Shown: positions 36,555 to 48,920, counted from the stretch's first letter. The stretch: DNA of 54,052 nucleotides from Prorocentrum cordatum (GCA_963575745.1 CAUYUJ010000269.1:62001-116052), one strand, 5' to 3'. Numbers and translations are program-made. The notes: generated by a model not told the origin, from the letters alone.

Positions 36555-39500
36555 AAGGCCGACGAGGACGACGACGAGGACGGCGGGGGGTGCGGCACTG
36601 GTGCCTCCTGCTGCTCCTCCCCCCCGCCTCTCCTCGTGCTGCTGGAGGAGGAGCGTCGCGCTGCTGACCGGGGAGAGAGGATGGTCCAAGGCGTCAGGCC
36701 GCGCAGCCTATCTGCACCAGCGCGGGGGGGGAGCTTTCCAGCAATGATCGCGTCGTGCAAGAAGTCCGGATGGGATGTTTCTGGCCAGCTGCGGCCTCTG
36801 GGGGCCTTTTACCGGGCCTCGGGGCCGACAAAGAACGACTCGGGACAAAAAGCCCAGTCCCGGGGAAATGGTCAGGACTTCCGGGGACCCCGTATTGAAA
36901 AGGTCAGAAGGCCGCCTGTCTGGCTTCGTCCGCATGTGCGACTGAACTGGGCTGGTTCATCATCTGGCGACTTCTCACATGCGGTGCTCATGCTATACAT
37001 TGCTTTGCTTCTCTGGCTGTTCGTCTGCGTCATTTGTGCGCTACGGTGTGATGTACATGGCGTTCTGCTGGCTCGCTGGTTCTTACGTATGTCATGTCGG
37101 GACGCCCCGTATTCGTCTGGCCACCACTGCGCCGAAATATGACCGCTCTTGCAGCGGCGTGTTCTGGTGAGGACGCAATCGCGAGACGACTTGGTTCGTC
37201 TGCCGACAAGGTCACATATCTGATCTATACCGTCCCTGGCTCTGCAATCCCAGCTCGATTTCCCGCTGCAAAGTTCATCGACGTTCTGTGCATCCTTGTA
37301 ATCGCCAGCGCGACTGAATTGGAAACGCCCCTGGTCAATCATTTGGCGCCTTCTCTATGTACGCCACACTCATGATATGATTTGCTGTGTTCCTCGGGCT
37401 TCTCGTCTGCGTAAGTTGTGCGCTACGGTATGGGATCCTTGGCGGTCTGCTGGCTCGCCGATGCTTATGTCATGTCGGCACGCCCCGTGCTCGTTTGGCC
37501 AACACTGCACCGACACATGGCCGTGATTGCGGTGGCGTGTCCTGAAGAGGACGAAATTACGACACGTTGTGGTTCACCCGCGTCAGGAGGCTGACAGGGT
37601 CATAATCGGGGCAGCAACACCAACAAGCATAGTATGTCGACCACTCCCCAACTGCCGCCACCAAGCATGTATGTATATACAATAGGATGTGTAACACATT
37701 ACACACCTGTGCTTCCAGCTGTTTCAGGAAAGAACTCCGAGGATGGGGGAAGAGGGGAGGAAGAGGAGTGAAAGGGTCAGAGGGGGTCGGGGTGAGATGG
37801 AGCTATTCGGGTAGGATGCTGAGGGTGCAGGAGGACGCCAGACGGGGGGAAGGGGCAGGGAAGAGGAGGAAGGGAGAAGGAGAAGGGCGGAGGAGGAGGT
37901 AGAGGAGAAGAGGAGGAGGGGAGGAGGAGGAGGGGGAGGAGAAAAAGGATAATGAGGATGAGGGAGGAAGAGGAGGTGGAGGAGGGAAGGAGGAGGAAAG
38001 GGAGGAGGAGGGGGAGGAGGAGGAGGAGGAGGAGGAGGAGGAGAAGGAGGAGGAGGAGGAGGAGGAGGAGGAGGAGGAGAAGGAGGTTGGGGGGGGGATG
38101 ATGTTGATCAGAAATTTCGGAGGCGGGGTGGCGGCGGGCAAGGACGGCCGACACAAGACGGGTGGGGGAACGGGCTCGCGATCCATCCGCGTAGCCCCCG
38201 CCAATTGCGCCACTGCGTGGAGCCTTTGGGGTGCGCCAGAGCTCTCCCCATTCGCTTGCTAACCCTGCGATCCACCCCGCGACCCCCCCCGCGACGCCCC
38301 GCGACCCACCCCGCGACCCACCTGCGACCCACCCCGCGACCCACCCCGCGACCCACCCCGCGACCCACCTGCGACGCACCCGCGACCCACCCCGCGGCGA
38401 CCCAACCCGCGAAACCCCGCGACCCACCGCGACCCCGCGCGACCCGCGACCCACCCCGCGACCCACCCGCGATCCACCCCGCGACCCACTCCGCGACCCA
38501 CCCGCGACCCATCCACGACCCACTCGCGACCCACCTGCGACCCACCCCGCGGCCCACCCGCGACCCACCCCGCGATCCATTTGCGACCCATTTGCGACCC
38601 ACCCGCGACCTACCCACATTGGTTTCACACAGCAGACAAACAAAACACAAAAAAGAAACGGCGCCTGCGGCGGGCTCGTTGTATACTTTGTGAACGGTTG
38701 GCTCCTGCGGCAGGCTTCTCCAGAGACTCGCAAACTGCCGCCGTCCCCGCCGTCCCCGCACTCGTATCCACAATTGCGGGGTGCTACGGTCTAGATGCAG
38801 ATGTGTGGCGTGGGATACGTGGTGCAAGCCACATTGTGCAAGATGATTGCTAGACACAAACGTGCTCCTCTATGTGGTGTGAGCTATGTGGTGTAAGCTA
38901 TGTGAAACACTGCGTGTGGTGCAACCGACTTGGTGCAAATACCTGATGTTCACTAGTGAGTCGTCAACTCAAGAGCTCGCGCAATCATCCCACCCTCCCA
39001 CCCGCCACTTGGCTTGCACAACTCATGCAGCGGCGATTGCGATGAGTGCTTGGCGCTGGCTGGCGCATCGCTACGGCCGTGCTAGTGCGCGCAGGCTCGC
39101 GCGCAGAGCGGCCAGCTAGTCAGGCGCGACCGACGCGGACGCCGCACTGACGTGCCATGGAGTCGATGCTGCTGTTGTTGATGTTGTTGTTGCTGTCGTT
39201 GTTGCTGGGTTTGATAATCTCGCTGCTGTTGTTGTTGCTGCTGTTGTTATTGAACATTATTAATTCTAAAGAATAATTATTGTTGGGGCCCCTGGTGCAC
39301 GGCCCCCCTGCGCCGCCTAGGCCGCAGCTACATTTTCATCATTTTCGTGGGGAAGCCTCAGGTAATACGATGTCATCAAGATCCGGTTGTTTTGTTGTAA
39401 TCCGTTTTCCCTTGCAAAAAACACTATAAAATGACATTTCTTGTTCTAATATAATCAAATTTCAAGAATCCCTTGCAAAAAATAAGGTAAAGTGGACATT

Positions 39501-42500
39501 CGCGCGCGCAAGACGAAATCCTTCCAAAAGCTTAGTGTTCGGAGCGATTTTAACATAAAAACATCAAAAAACCAATGGTTTTTCAACAAAAAAATGTCAA
39601 AATCTCATCCCGCGCGCTCTTGCGGATTCGTAGGAAACCCAACACTTTTTAAACATTTCTGTCAAACGGGCTTTTGCGAGCAACTTTTTCGAACTTCTGC
39701 GACAACGGTTGCGCACCTGCCAGGGCCATCATCCCTGTCAAATAATACCATGCGGGACACATTCGTTTTTTGCGCGCGCACGCCGAAATCTCCAAAAACC
39801 ATTGGGTCCTCGAAAAACACCTGCACGTCTTCCCTTGCGAGTACGTATCATGTGTATCATGTGTATCATGTACCATATGCATCATATGCAACAGATGTTC
39901 TGTGGAAGGCTTAACAACTTCTGTGGGTTAACAAGGCTTAACAACTTCTGTGGGTGTACGAACGTAGGCTTAACAACTTCTGTGGGTGTGTACTCCACGC
40001 CAGTGTAGTAGCCACGGTCGTCCGCAGGCCACGAAGTGAAGTGTCCGAACGTCATAGGGCGGGAAGCTGGGTGTGGGTGGTGGCGAAGAGTCGTGTGGAT
40101 ATTTGGTAGAGCTTGCATTGCCCCCCCACAAAGTGGGGGTATTGGCTGGCGTCGCATGAAAACCCTGGCACTGGTGAGAACACTGAGCGTTCGGGTAAAG
40201 TGAGTGGTGTTGCTGCTGTTGATGTTGCTGCGTTTGTTGTTTGTGGTGGTGTTGTTGTTGCTATCGGTGTTGCTGTTGTTGGTGTGACTGGTGTTGATGT
40301 TGCTGTTGCTGTTGCTATTGCTGTTGCTGCTGCTATCGCTGCTGCTATTATTCGAGAACTGTTCTGAATGAAAAGGGATAGGCGGGGGGGAGGGGCAAGG
40401 GCAACTCGAGATCGGCGGCAGCAGGGCGGCCGCCGACCCGAGTCGCGCGCAAGCCCATGCGCAGGCGCGTGTGCGCGAAACGCGTCCTCGACGTCCGCGA
40501 TGTGCGAACGGAGCACCGACTGCAGCTCCACGTCCAGCTTGCCGCGGTTCATGAAGACCCTCTCGGACCTCTCGCGAGGGAGGTTCCACTCCAGGTAAGG
40601 TGCGCTGTGCTAGCCAGCGGACCCGCTGGTTCTCATAATAGTTTATAGTGCATTGCAGTGCTCCACGTGGAAAAGGGGCACACTGTCGACTGGGTGGGGG
40701 CGCTCACACGCCTCTTCTGGGTGGGGGGCAGTGGCGAGGACGAGGAGGAGAAGGAGGAGGAGGAAGAGGAGGAGCAGGAGGAGCAGGAGGAGGAGAAGAA
40801 GAAGGAGGAGGAGGAGGAGGAAGGGGAGGGCAAGAAGAAGAAGGAGCACGCAGGAGCAGGAGCGACCCCCTGTGTGCCGTGGGCGCGGGCACTGGAGCGT
40901 GTGCCTCCAGCGTGGGCGCTCTGGTCGGGGAGCAGGGGGGTTGGGAGTGGACGCAGAGTGGGGGCGGGGCGAGAGAGGTGGTGGTCGAGAGCACTTCGCA
41001 GCACTCCTGGCCCCTTGTGAGAGGTGTGGCAGCGAGGGCAGGAGCAGACACGCACCTTCCGCCGCGGGGGAGGGAGGGGGGCCGGATGTGGAGGGGGGCC
41101 GCGAACAGAACCGACTGCAGCTGCCTTCCTCGCGGCCTCGCTGCCCATAGGGGCGCCCGCTCGGGAGGAGGAGCGAGGGGGGATCTGCTGGCGGGGCCCA
41201 AGGATGCGCGCGGACGGCGCCCCGGGTATTAGCGCTGAGCTGGCCTCTGCAGGCCCCCAGGTCCACCACTCCCACGTCCAGCATCCCTCCTCTCCTCCTT
41301 CTCCTGATCCTCCAGATCCTTCTATTCCTCGTCGCCGTCGGCGTCGTGCTCTCCATCCTCAAGATCCTCCTCATCATGCTTCTGAAAATCAATCTGCCGA
41401 CACTGTCGGCGTGTGCGAAACGCTATTCTGTTTGACTCGTCTTCGTCGTCGCCGTCGCCGCTCCCCCCACCCTTTCCCTGTGCCCGTCGCCGCTCCCCTT
41501 CTTTCCCTGAATCCTCCTTCTCAAGCGCGCCAGTCAAAATGAAATTGAGCAACGTCGCAGTTGAGTCGAAGGGAAGCCACTTCCCTTCAATCCCTTCCCC
41601 AGGATTCCCCCCCTCCAGGGGGTTGTCCCTGGGGGGGCGTCCTAGGGGGGGGGGGGGGTCCAGGGTCAGAATACCATGCCCCCAGCGGGTCCCAGGGCCG
41701 CCGCCGCCGCCGCCGCCGTCGTCGTCGTCGTCGTTGCCTTCTTCGTCGTCATCATCTTTGTCGTCCACCTTCAGGGTCGGCGGCACCGGCCGTGAGGGCT
41801 TCGCAATAAGCCCGCCCATGCTCTTTCTCATTATCCGTCTGATCTTCATCGTCAACATCGTCGCCGCTATACTCATCGTAACCATCGACCTCCACCACTC
41901 CGATCATCATCACCATCATCGCCACCAGCATCACCACCACCATTACCATCACCACCACAATCACCATCACTATCGCCATTGCCATCGCCATCACCATCAT
42001 CATGATTACCACCATCATAAACATCATCACAATCGTCGTCATCATGATCATGTTCATAATAATGATCACCATCCTCATCCTCATCCCCGTCCTCATCCTC
42101 AACCTCATCACCAGCATCCGCGTCTCCGCGTGGTCCGCGTCCACTTTCTGACAATGTGCTGCCGCATTCTGGTCCTGCACCTTGACACCGTGCTTTTCCT
42201 CACCCTCCTCTTCCTCCTAGCATAACACCACCCCTCCTCCAACTACATGTCCTTGGACTACTCTTCCCCGCTGCTCTTCCTCGTTTCCCCCCCCTCCTTC
42301 CCATCTTCGTCTATCCTCTTCTTCCTCCTCCTGCTCCTTCTCCTCCGTGTCCTCCTCAGTCTCTTCCTGCTCCCTGTTCCTTTGCCTCCGCATCCCGTCC
42401 CCCTCCTTCTCCTCCTGCGCTCCTGTGTCCACCCGATGCATCTGCTCTTTCTCTTCAGCCCCTCGCCTGCATTCCACACTCCCCCCCCTTCCTTCTCCTC

Positions 42501-45500
42501 CTCCTCCTCCTCCTCCTCCTCCTCCTCCTCCTCCTCTTCATCCTCCTCCTCCTCTTCCTCCTGCTCCTTTTTTCCTTAACCCCCCCCCTCGTCTCCCTCC
42601 TCCCCTGGGCTATCCATGATCCCTTTCCCCAGCCCTGATCATGCTGCTCCTCCTCCGACACACAACCCCACTAAATCGAAACCTCCGAAAACATCCGGCC
42701 GCCTTTCTAGGACTCAACGCATTCGGGCAGCCGACGAGCACGCCTGTCCCCCCTTTTCCCAGCCGACGGGATCCGCATGGCAGCACTGGCGTGGCTGCCC
42801 AGCCAGAGGTACGACGACGCCGGCGATGAATCGATCGTGGCCAGGCCCACCCTGGGTCCAGGCATCGGTTGCTACGCCCAGGTCCTGCAGCGCGACGGGA
42901 TCACAAGGGTGCGCGGCAGGGATGCAGGGCTCTCGGACGCCCAGATCGACGCCGACGCGGAAGCCCCGTGGCCCGTGGCTGCGGGCCAGGCTCTTGCGTC
43001 TAGCTCTGGGTCGGGCATGTTTTCCTACAGCCGGATGTTGCAAGAGGGATGACCAGTGTCAAGCATGCGCAAGCAAACCATCAAAAGAGCACGGAGAATC
43101 GTCCCCATACTGGTTTTTCACTATGCCTGAACACTCCTCCTGTAGAGTTGTGGATGCCACGGCAATGGACACCCTCACAGTTAGGCCCTAACAGTCCTAT
43201 CATTGAATTAGAGATGTGTTTAGAAGGTCGGAAAAATGTCCTGACAATGTTTAAAGCATGTGGTTGACATACCTAAAACATGTTTGGAGCATTCTTCAGA
43301 CATCTGGAAAGTGTTTGGCAGCATGCTTCCTCTCTCGACTTCCACAACTGTAGAGGGACACGCCCGAACGCCCGCCCGCCCGGTGGGCAGCGCAAACTCA
43401 GCGACGCGAAAGGGGCCGGGGGGGGGGACTTTTCATGGCTTTGAAGCCCCCCTCTCGAAAAACCAATCTTGGCTGCGAAAAGGAAGGGAGGGGGCATGGC
43501 TTCCGACGCCCCCCGCCCCCCTTTTTTTGAAGGGGGGAGGGGGGGGCTTCAAGGCTCAAGGCTCCGCTCGGCAAGAGCACTCCTCCTCCTCCTCCTCCTC
43601 TTACTCCTCCTCCTCCTCCTCTTCCTCTTACTCCTCCTCCTCCTTCTCTTCCTCCTCCTCCTCCTCCTCCTCCTCCTCCTCCTCCTTGACGAAAGGATTT
43701 CCGCGCGAGCGCACCGCCGGCCCGCTGCGCGGGCGGAGCAGGGGGGGCGCGCCGGGGGGGGGGGGGGGGGGGGCGGAACGGGGCAGGGAGGGACAGAAAG
43801 GGGCCCTGGGACACGCACACACAGATAGGCACAAATGCTAGGAGTCCCCTATCGTTTCCCCTAAATGTTCTGGGCTGTCGTCTTCCCCCCCCCGCCGCCC
43901 CTATTTTCCCAAAGCTTTCCTGGGAGTCGACGATGAATGGTGTCTGTCGGGTGCTTTCCCTCCTGAAGGGAGGGGACCAAGGCTCCCCCCCCCGTGCCCC
44001 GGAGTTGTGCTGCTCCCGTCGTACTCAAGGACCACATAATTACCAGACACAACTTCGAGCACCTAGACAAGTAGCGAAGCAATGTCGAGGACCACATGCC
44101 AGACACAATTTCGAGCAACAAATATTGAAGCAGTGTCGAACGGGCACTGCCTCCCGGGGCCCGACGCATGAGCAACCTCCAGTCTCGGTGCTTCCCTGCT
44201 GCTCGAAGTTCTTCCTGGCGATCAGCTGAAGTAGGTTTAGGGTTTAGGGTTTGCCCGCAAGGCGGCCTTTAAAGAAAAGGCGGCCTCTTCATACATCCCA
44301 TGCCGCTTTTTCTAAAATGCGTCTTACATCGCGACAGAAGCGTTAGAGGCCACGGGGGCCGTTGGGGCACGATTGATGCCCATGTTTGGCCTTCCTGTGG
44401 AACGCCATAGCCCCAAAGGTCTACCGTTGATGCTTGCTCTCTCCCGACCCGTGAAGGGCAACACACGCCCGTCGGAAGGAGCAGGCAACAGCAGGAGGAC
44501 GGGAGGCGGGTCGAGAGGATCGGGTCTGGGCCTCGGGGCCCTCCCGGGGAAGAACGCAACACAGCGAAAGCAGATCGGCTCTTGAAGTGCTCGGCGGCGC
44601 GCACAGGGGGGCGGACGGAGGGGGGGGCTTCTCAGAAAGAGGCTGCTTCTTAGAAGGCACCGGCCCTATACCTATACATAAGGCCCGCGCCTCTAAGAAG
44701 CAGGGGTTCTTCTAAGAAGCCCTGCCCCCTCCCCCACCCCGCTCTGCGCGTGGCTGAAATACCACCGAAAGCATGATTAAGAAAAGTGTCCTTTGAGAAA
44801 CCTGGGCCAGCTTTCCCGACCTTTCTTAAGACAAGCCTAGGCCAAGTGCTCGCGCGCGTGAACGCTGGAGGGGCGAACGCGCGCAAGAAACTGGGCCAGG
44901 TTTCTGGCAAGTCGGCTTGGAAACGCTGGCCTAGCTTTTCGGGAGGAGGTTTCTTAATCATGTGATCGACTGTAGGAAGGCGCTTGGAATATACTGGGAT
45001 CTGGGAATCCAAGAATACGCGTGTACTCCTCCTGATGGCCATGCTTGACTGCACTCAGGCTTGCCCAGGGCCGGTGCAGGTGCACGGCTGGCGAAGCTGG
45101 CACGCGCGGAGGAGGCTGCGGTGGAAAAGGACCTCACCAGACCCACCGCCAACCTGGAACAGTGGGGGGAGGGGGAGGCGTTGACAGACGAATGTGGCAC
45201 AGGAGGAGGAGGAGGAGGCGGAGGAAAGGGAGGAGGAGGAGGAGGTGTCCGCTATTTTCGCCGAGGCCTGCGTGGCCCTGCCGGGCTGCCCCCGGGTCTG
45301 CCATGGGGCCCGTGCGGGGGCACGGCCGGCCCCCCCGCCGAGGAGGGGCGGGGGGCCGCGCCGAGGCGCGATCGGACCTCCTCTTGGCCTCCAGCTGCCG
45401 CGCCGCCTCGCGCAGCAGGCCCCCGAAGTCGATCGTGGCCGTCGCCGCCTCGAGGCGCGCGTGCGCCGCCGCCGCCGCCGCGGCCGTCGCCGCGCGGTCG

Positions 45501-46442
45501 CTGCGCGGTCGCCGTCGCGCGCGTCGTCTGTCGCCGTCGTGGCGCCGCCGTGGTCGCCGCCGCCGCCGGACAAGAGGGAAAGACGACGGCCGGTGGTTCA
45601 GAGGTGGGGTCCCAGGGACGAGGAGCCTCAAACAGCGCACATCTACCCGTGGATCCTTTCCTATCCTTAGGACCCCGTCCCTCAGGATCCCACCTCTGAA
45701 CCACCGACACGGGCGCTCGTCTCGCGATGCTGGCTGCCCCCCCGGGGGCGGGGGCGCGAAGCCGATCCTGGTAGTCCGCCGCCGCGGGGGCCCACCCCCC
45801 AGAGGCCATCGAGAGAGGACCCTCTGGGAGGAGCGGCGGGTCCTGGGGCAGATGTGTCGTCGCGCCGCTTGTGCTCGACGCGCCCAGGTGGACGACGCCG
45901 ACACCACTGCAGACCCACGGCGAGCCCTGTGTCCCGCGCCCCACAAGGACGAAGACAAAGCCAACACCGCGGCAAGCCCCACGGCAAACCCGCCGCGCCC
46001 GAGGCGGAGTGTGCCCTCGCGGCCGCGGCGCCCTCCCCAAGACGCAGGGCCGCGCGTCGCAAGGGACGGCGCGGCGACACTGGAGCCACGGCAGCCGCCG
46101 ACGAGATGTGCTGTTGTTTTTGCGACGCGCGGCCCCCGAAGTGCCGACCCCTTTCCCGTGGTCAGTGCTTCGCCCTGGACCGATTCTTGATGGTCCTGGG
46201 GCCCGACAGCGGGCCCCAGAGGCCGAAACCATGGCGGACCGTCCGCATTGACGAAATCATGCATCCTACCCTTGGGGGGTTCGAGAGCCCGGGGGGGGCC
46301 CACAGCGTCGGGCGGGGCCGCGCCTCGCCCGCCTGCAGCGTGCGGCTGAGGTCTGGGCGGAGTGGCCATCCGTGCCTGGACTGCTCGAGCTGGCGTCGTT
46401 CGCGGAAACGTGTCTGCACCCACGGCCTCATGGGCCGGGCCC
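36010..46442 (-). CDS. Tentative multi-exon gene of unknown function; candidate exons 46442-46376, 45500-45381, 44214-44151, 42884-42813, 40609-40487, 36045-36010
   Basis: Islands of protein-like, GC3-rich codons bounded by AG acceptors and GC/GA/GT donors. They can be joined in frame (...TIDFGGLLREAARQLEAKR-KNFEQQ...; DLGVATDAWTQGGPGHDRFIAGVV; PYLEWNLPRERSERVFMNRGKLDVELQSVLRSHIADVE-DATKHRELLTM*). No recognisable domain. Confidence 0.4.
36937..37580 (+). repeat. Diverged direct repeat of about 270 bp (period about 372-378 bp)
   Basis: GCGACTGAA.TGG, TTGTGCGCTACGGT, CTGCTGGCTCGC and TATGTCATGTCGG.ACGCCCCGT occur in both copies. Confidence 0.8.
38265..38790 (-). repeat. GGGTCGCG-array element copy
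   Basis: On the minus strand ACCGTAGCACCCCGCAAT...GAAGCCTGCCGCAGG...AAACCAATGTGGGTAGGTCGCG, then the array. Confidence 0.8.
40487..40609 (-). CDS. Exon of the unknown gene (APYLEWNLPRERSERVFMNRGKLDVELQSVLRSHIADVE)
   Basis: Strongly protein-like, GC3-biased segment ending at a GAG|GACGCG GA donor. The acceptor is either TAG (exon starts 40609) or CAG (exon starts 40604). Confidence 0.55.
43009..43368. mobile_element. RGTCGGGC-family MITE interrupted by the TTGTGGA element
   Basis: Left end GGTCGGGCATGT..CCTACAG; right end CTGTAGAGGGACACGCCCGA. Confidence 0.7.
43148..43347. mobile_element. TTGTGGA-type non-autonomous DNA transposon, 8-bp TSD, nested in a GTCGGGC MITE
   Basis: TIRs TTGTGGA / TCCACAA; CTGTAGAG on both sides, duplicating part of the host's right TIR. 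Confidence 0.88.
44236..44252 (+). repeat. Short interstitial telomere-like (TTTAGGG)2 run
   Basis: TTTAGGGTTTAGGGTTT. Confidence 0.5.
44591..44757. mobile_element. TCGG-type MITE (CTTCTCAGAAG family)
   Basis: Termini TCGGCGGCGCGC / GCGCGTGGCTGA; flanks AGTGC / AATAC; homologous to 2199-2374. Confidence 0.7.
44772..44962. mobile_element. Foldback element
   Basis: Perfect 13-bp CATGATTAAGAAA / TTTCTTAATCATG ends, with imperfect symmetry throughout. Confidence 0.65.
45381..45500 (-). CDS. Candidate exon (DRAATAAAAAAAHARLEAATATIDFGGLLREAARQLEAK)
   Basis: GCAG acceptor, helical protein-like translation, AG|GA or AG|GT donor in phase 2. Confidence 0.45.
45590..45707. mobile_element. TCGG-type MITE
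   Basis: Perfect 18-bp inverted repeat CGGTGGTTCAGAGGTGGG / CCCACCTCTGAACCACCG; flanks GACGG / CACGG. Confidence 0.8.
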
Positions 46443-46538
46443 CTGGGCCACGATTCCGCGGATACGGGGCGTGGTTTGGCGGATGTCCACGCGACCGCGT
46501 GTTCAGACGAAGGAAACACCGAGACAAAGCCAGACACG

Positions 46539-47220
46539 TACGCAGCACCCCGCAAATGCGGATAAGAGCGAGGGGGCGGTGGAGACTTCGGCAGTTCGCG
46601 AGACTTTGGAGAAGCCCGCCGCAGGCACAACATTTTCACACATTATACAACAAACCCGCCGCAGGCGCAGATTTTTTCGTTAAACCAATGTGGGTAGGTC
46701 GCGTGTGGGTCGCGTGTGGGTCGCGAATGGGTCGCGGGTGGGTCGCGGGGTGGGTCGCGGGTGGGTCGCTGTTGGGTCGCGGGTGGTCGCGGGCAGAAAA
46801 TCCACCCCATAATCATCACCCCGACAAGCGAAGCCGCTTAGTAAACGCACGCAAGGAATGAATCGAACAGGGTAGGGCTGTTTAGTCAACGCCCAAGGCA
46901 GTTTAGTAAACGTCAATTGTCGGGTCCAGGTGTTTTTTCCTCCCTTGAGGGTGGGTTGCGGGGTGGGTCGCGGGTGGGTCGCGGATGGGTCGCGCATGGG
47001 TCGCGGGGTGGGTCGCGAGGTGGGTCGGGTGGGTCGTGGGTGGGTCGCGGGTGGGTCGCGGGGTGGGTCGGGTGGGTGTCGTGGGTTGGCTCGCGGGTGT
47101 GTCGCGGGGTGTGTCGCGGGGTGTGTCGCGGGGTGTGTCGCGGGGTGGGTCGCGGGATGTGTCGCGGGTGGGTCGCGGGTGGGACGACAACAACAACAGC
47201 AGCAGCAGCAGCAGCAACAA

Positions 47221-47259
<39 letters not shown>

Positions 47260-47260
47260 G
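46539..47260 (+). repeat. GGGTCGCG-array element copy
   Basis: GCAGCACCCCGCAAAT...GAAGCCCGCCGCAGG...AAACCAATGTGGGTAGGTCGCG, then the array and (CAA)n. Confidence 0.8.
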
Positions 47261-47389
47261 GTTAAGGCCGGCATGGCCCCCCCGGGGTGCGGGAGCGGAT
47301 CCGCCGGTTCCACCACAGTGGAGGAGGCCGCCACTGCCCCCCGGGTCAGTCCGAAAGGGGGGGGGGGAGGGCGAACAACACAACACAAC

Positions 47390-48920
47390 ATCCTAGGGAA
47401 TCCTTAGGGCACCCTTGAGAATCCCTAGGGGATCCATAAGAATCCCTAGGGAATCCCTAGGGAATCCATAAGAATCCCTAGGGAATCCCTAGGGACTCCC
47501 TAGGGAATCCTGAAGGAATCTCTAGGGAATCCTTAGGGAATCCCAAAGGAATCCCTAGGGAATCCTTCGGGAATCTTTAAGAAATCCTTCAAGAATCCCT
47601 CGGGGATCCTTAGGGAATCCTCACGAATCCCTCGGGCATCCTTGGAGAATCCTTAGGGGATCCTCAAGAATCCCTCAGGGATCCGAACGGGATCCTTGCG
47701 GAATCCTTAAGAATCCTTCAGGAATCCTTCAGAATCCCAAAAAGGAATCCTCAATAATCCACAGGAAATGCCTATTGAATCCTTAAGAATCCCGAGGGGG
47801 TCCTCAAGGAATCCTTAAGAATCCCTCAGGAATCTTTCAGAAACCCGAGGGAATCCTTAAGACTCCCTGGGGAATCCCTAGGGACTCCTGAAGCATCCCT
47901 AAGGAATCCTTTGGGAATCCTTCAGGGATCCTTGCGGAATCCTGAGGAATCCCTGAGGAATCCTTGAGAATCTCTAGGGGATCCTGAAGAATTCCTAAGG
48001 AATCCTTGCGAACCCCTAAGGAATCCCAAAGGAATCACTAAGGAATCCTTACGAATCCTTCAGGAATCCTTAAGATTCCCTAGAGAGTCCCTCGGGAATC
48101 CTTAAGAATCCAGAAGGAATCCTTGCGGAATCCTTGCGGAATCCTTAAGATTCCCTGGGGACTCCCGAGGGAATCCTTAAGAATCCCCTGGGAATCCTTA
48201 AGGAATGCGGAATCCTCAGGGACTCATTAAGAAACCCTAGGGGATCCTCCCGGAATCCTCAGGGAATCCATAAGAATCCGTAAGGAATCCCTAAAAGGAA
48301 TCCTTAAGAACCCCTGGGGCATCCTTCAGAAGCCCTCAGGAATCCTTGGGGAATCTTGAAGAATCCCTAAGGACTCCTTAGGGAATCCTTAAGAATCCGG
48401 GAATCTTCAAAGAATTCTTAAGAATCCATCAGGAATCTTTAAGAATTCCGAGGGTTTCCTTAGGGAATCCTTAGGGAATCCTTGGGAATCCTTAGGGAAT
48501 CATTGAGAATCCCTAAGGAACCATCAAGAATCCACAGGGAAGCCTCAGGGAACCCTTAGGGAACCGAGGAAATCGTTCAGAGTCCCGAGGGAACCCTCCG
48601 GGAATCCTGCAGAATCCATATGGGAATCAAAAAAAAATCCCGAGGGAATCCGTTGGGAAACCTTAGGGATCCCGAAGGAATCCTTTGGGAATCCTCAAGG
48701 CATCCTTTAGAATCCCTGGGGGATCCTTAAGAATCCTTACGGTATCCTTATGGAATCCAGAAGAAGCCCTAAGGTATCCTTACAGAATCCTCAAGAATCC
48801 AGTAGGTATCCTTGGGGACTCTCTAAGAATACCTAGAAGGTATCATTAAGGATTCCTTCCATATCCCTCAGGGGTTCCTAAGAAACCCTACGGAACCCTT
48901 AAGAAGCCCTAAGGTATCTG
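47390..48920 (+). repeat. Degenerate 10-11-bp GAATCCYTAGG satellite
   Basis: GAATCC recurs every 10-11 bp for about 1.5 kb. Confidence 0.92.

Noticed and set aside
39907..39990. Three AGGCTTAACAACTTCTGTGGG repeats as a mini-CRISPR
   Set aside because: The spacers are only 6-11 bp; this is a simple tandem duplication.
43552..43560. Dinoflagellate spliced-leader relic (GGCTCAAG; also near 24178 and 34606)
   Set aside because: Only the last 8-9 nt match, and the CCGTAGCCATTTT part is absent.
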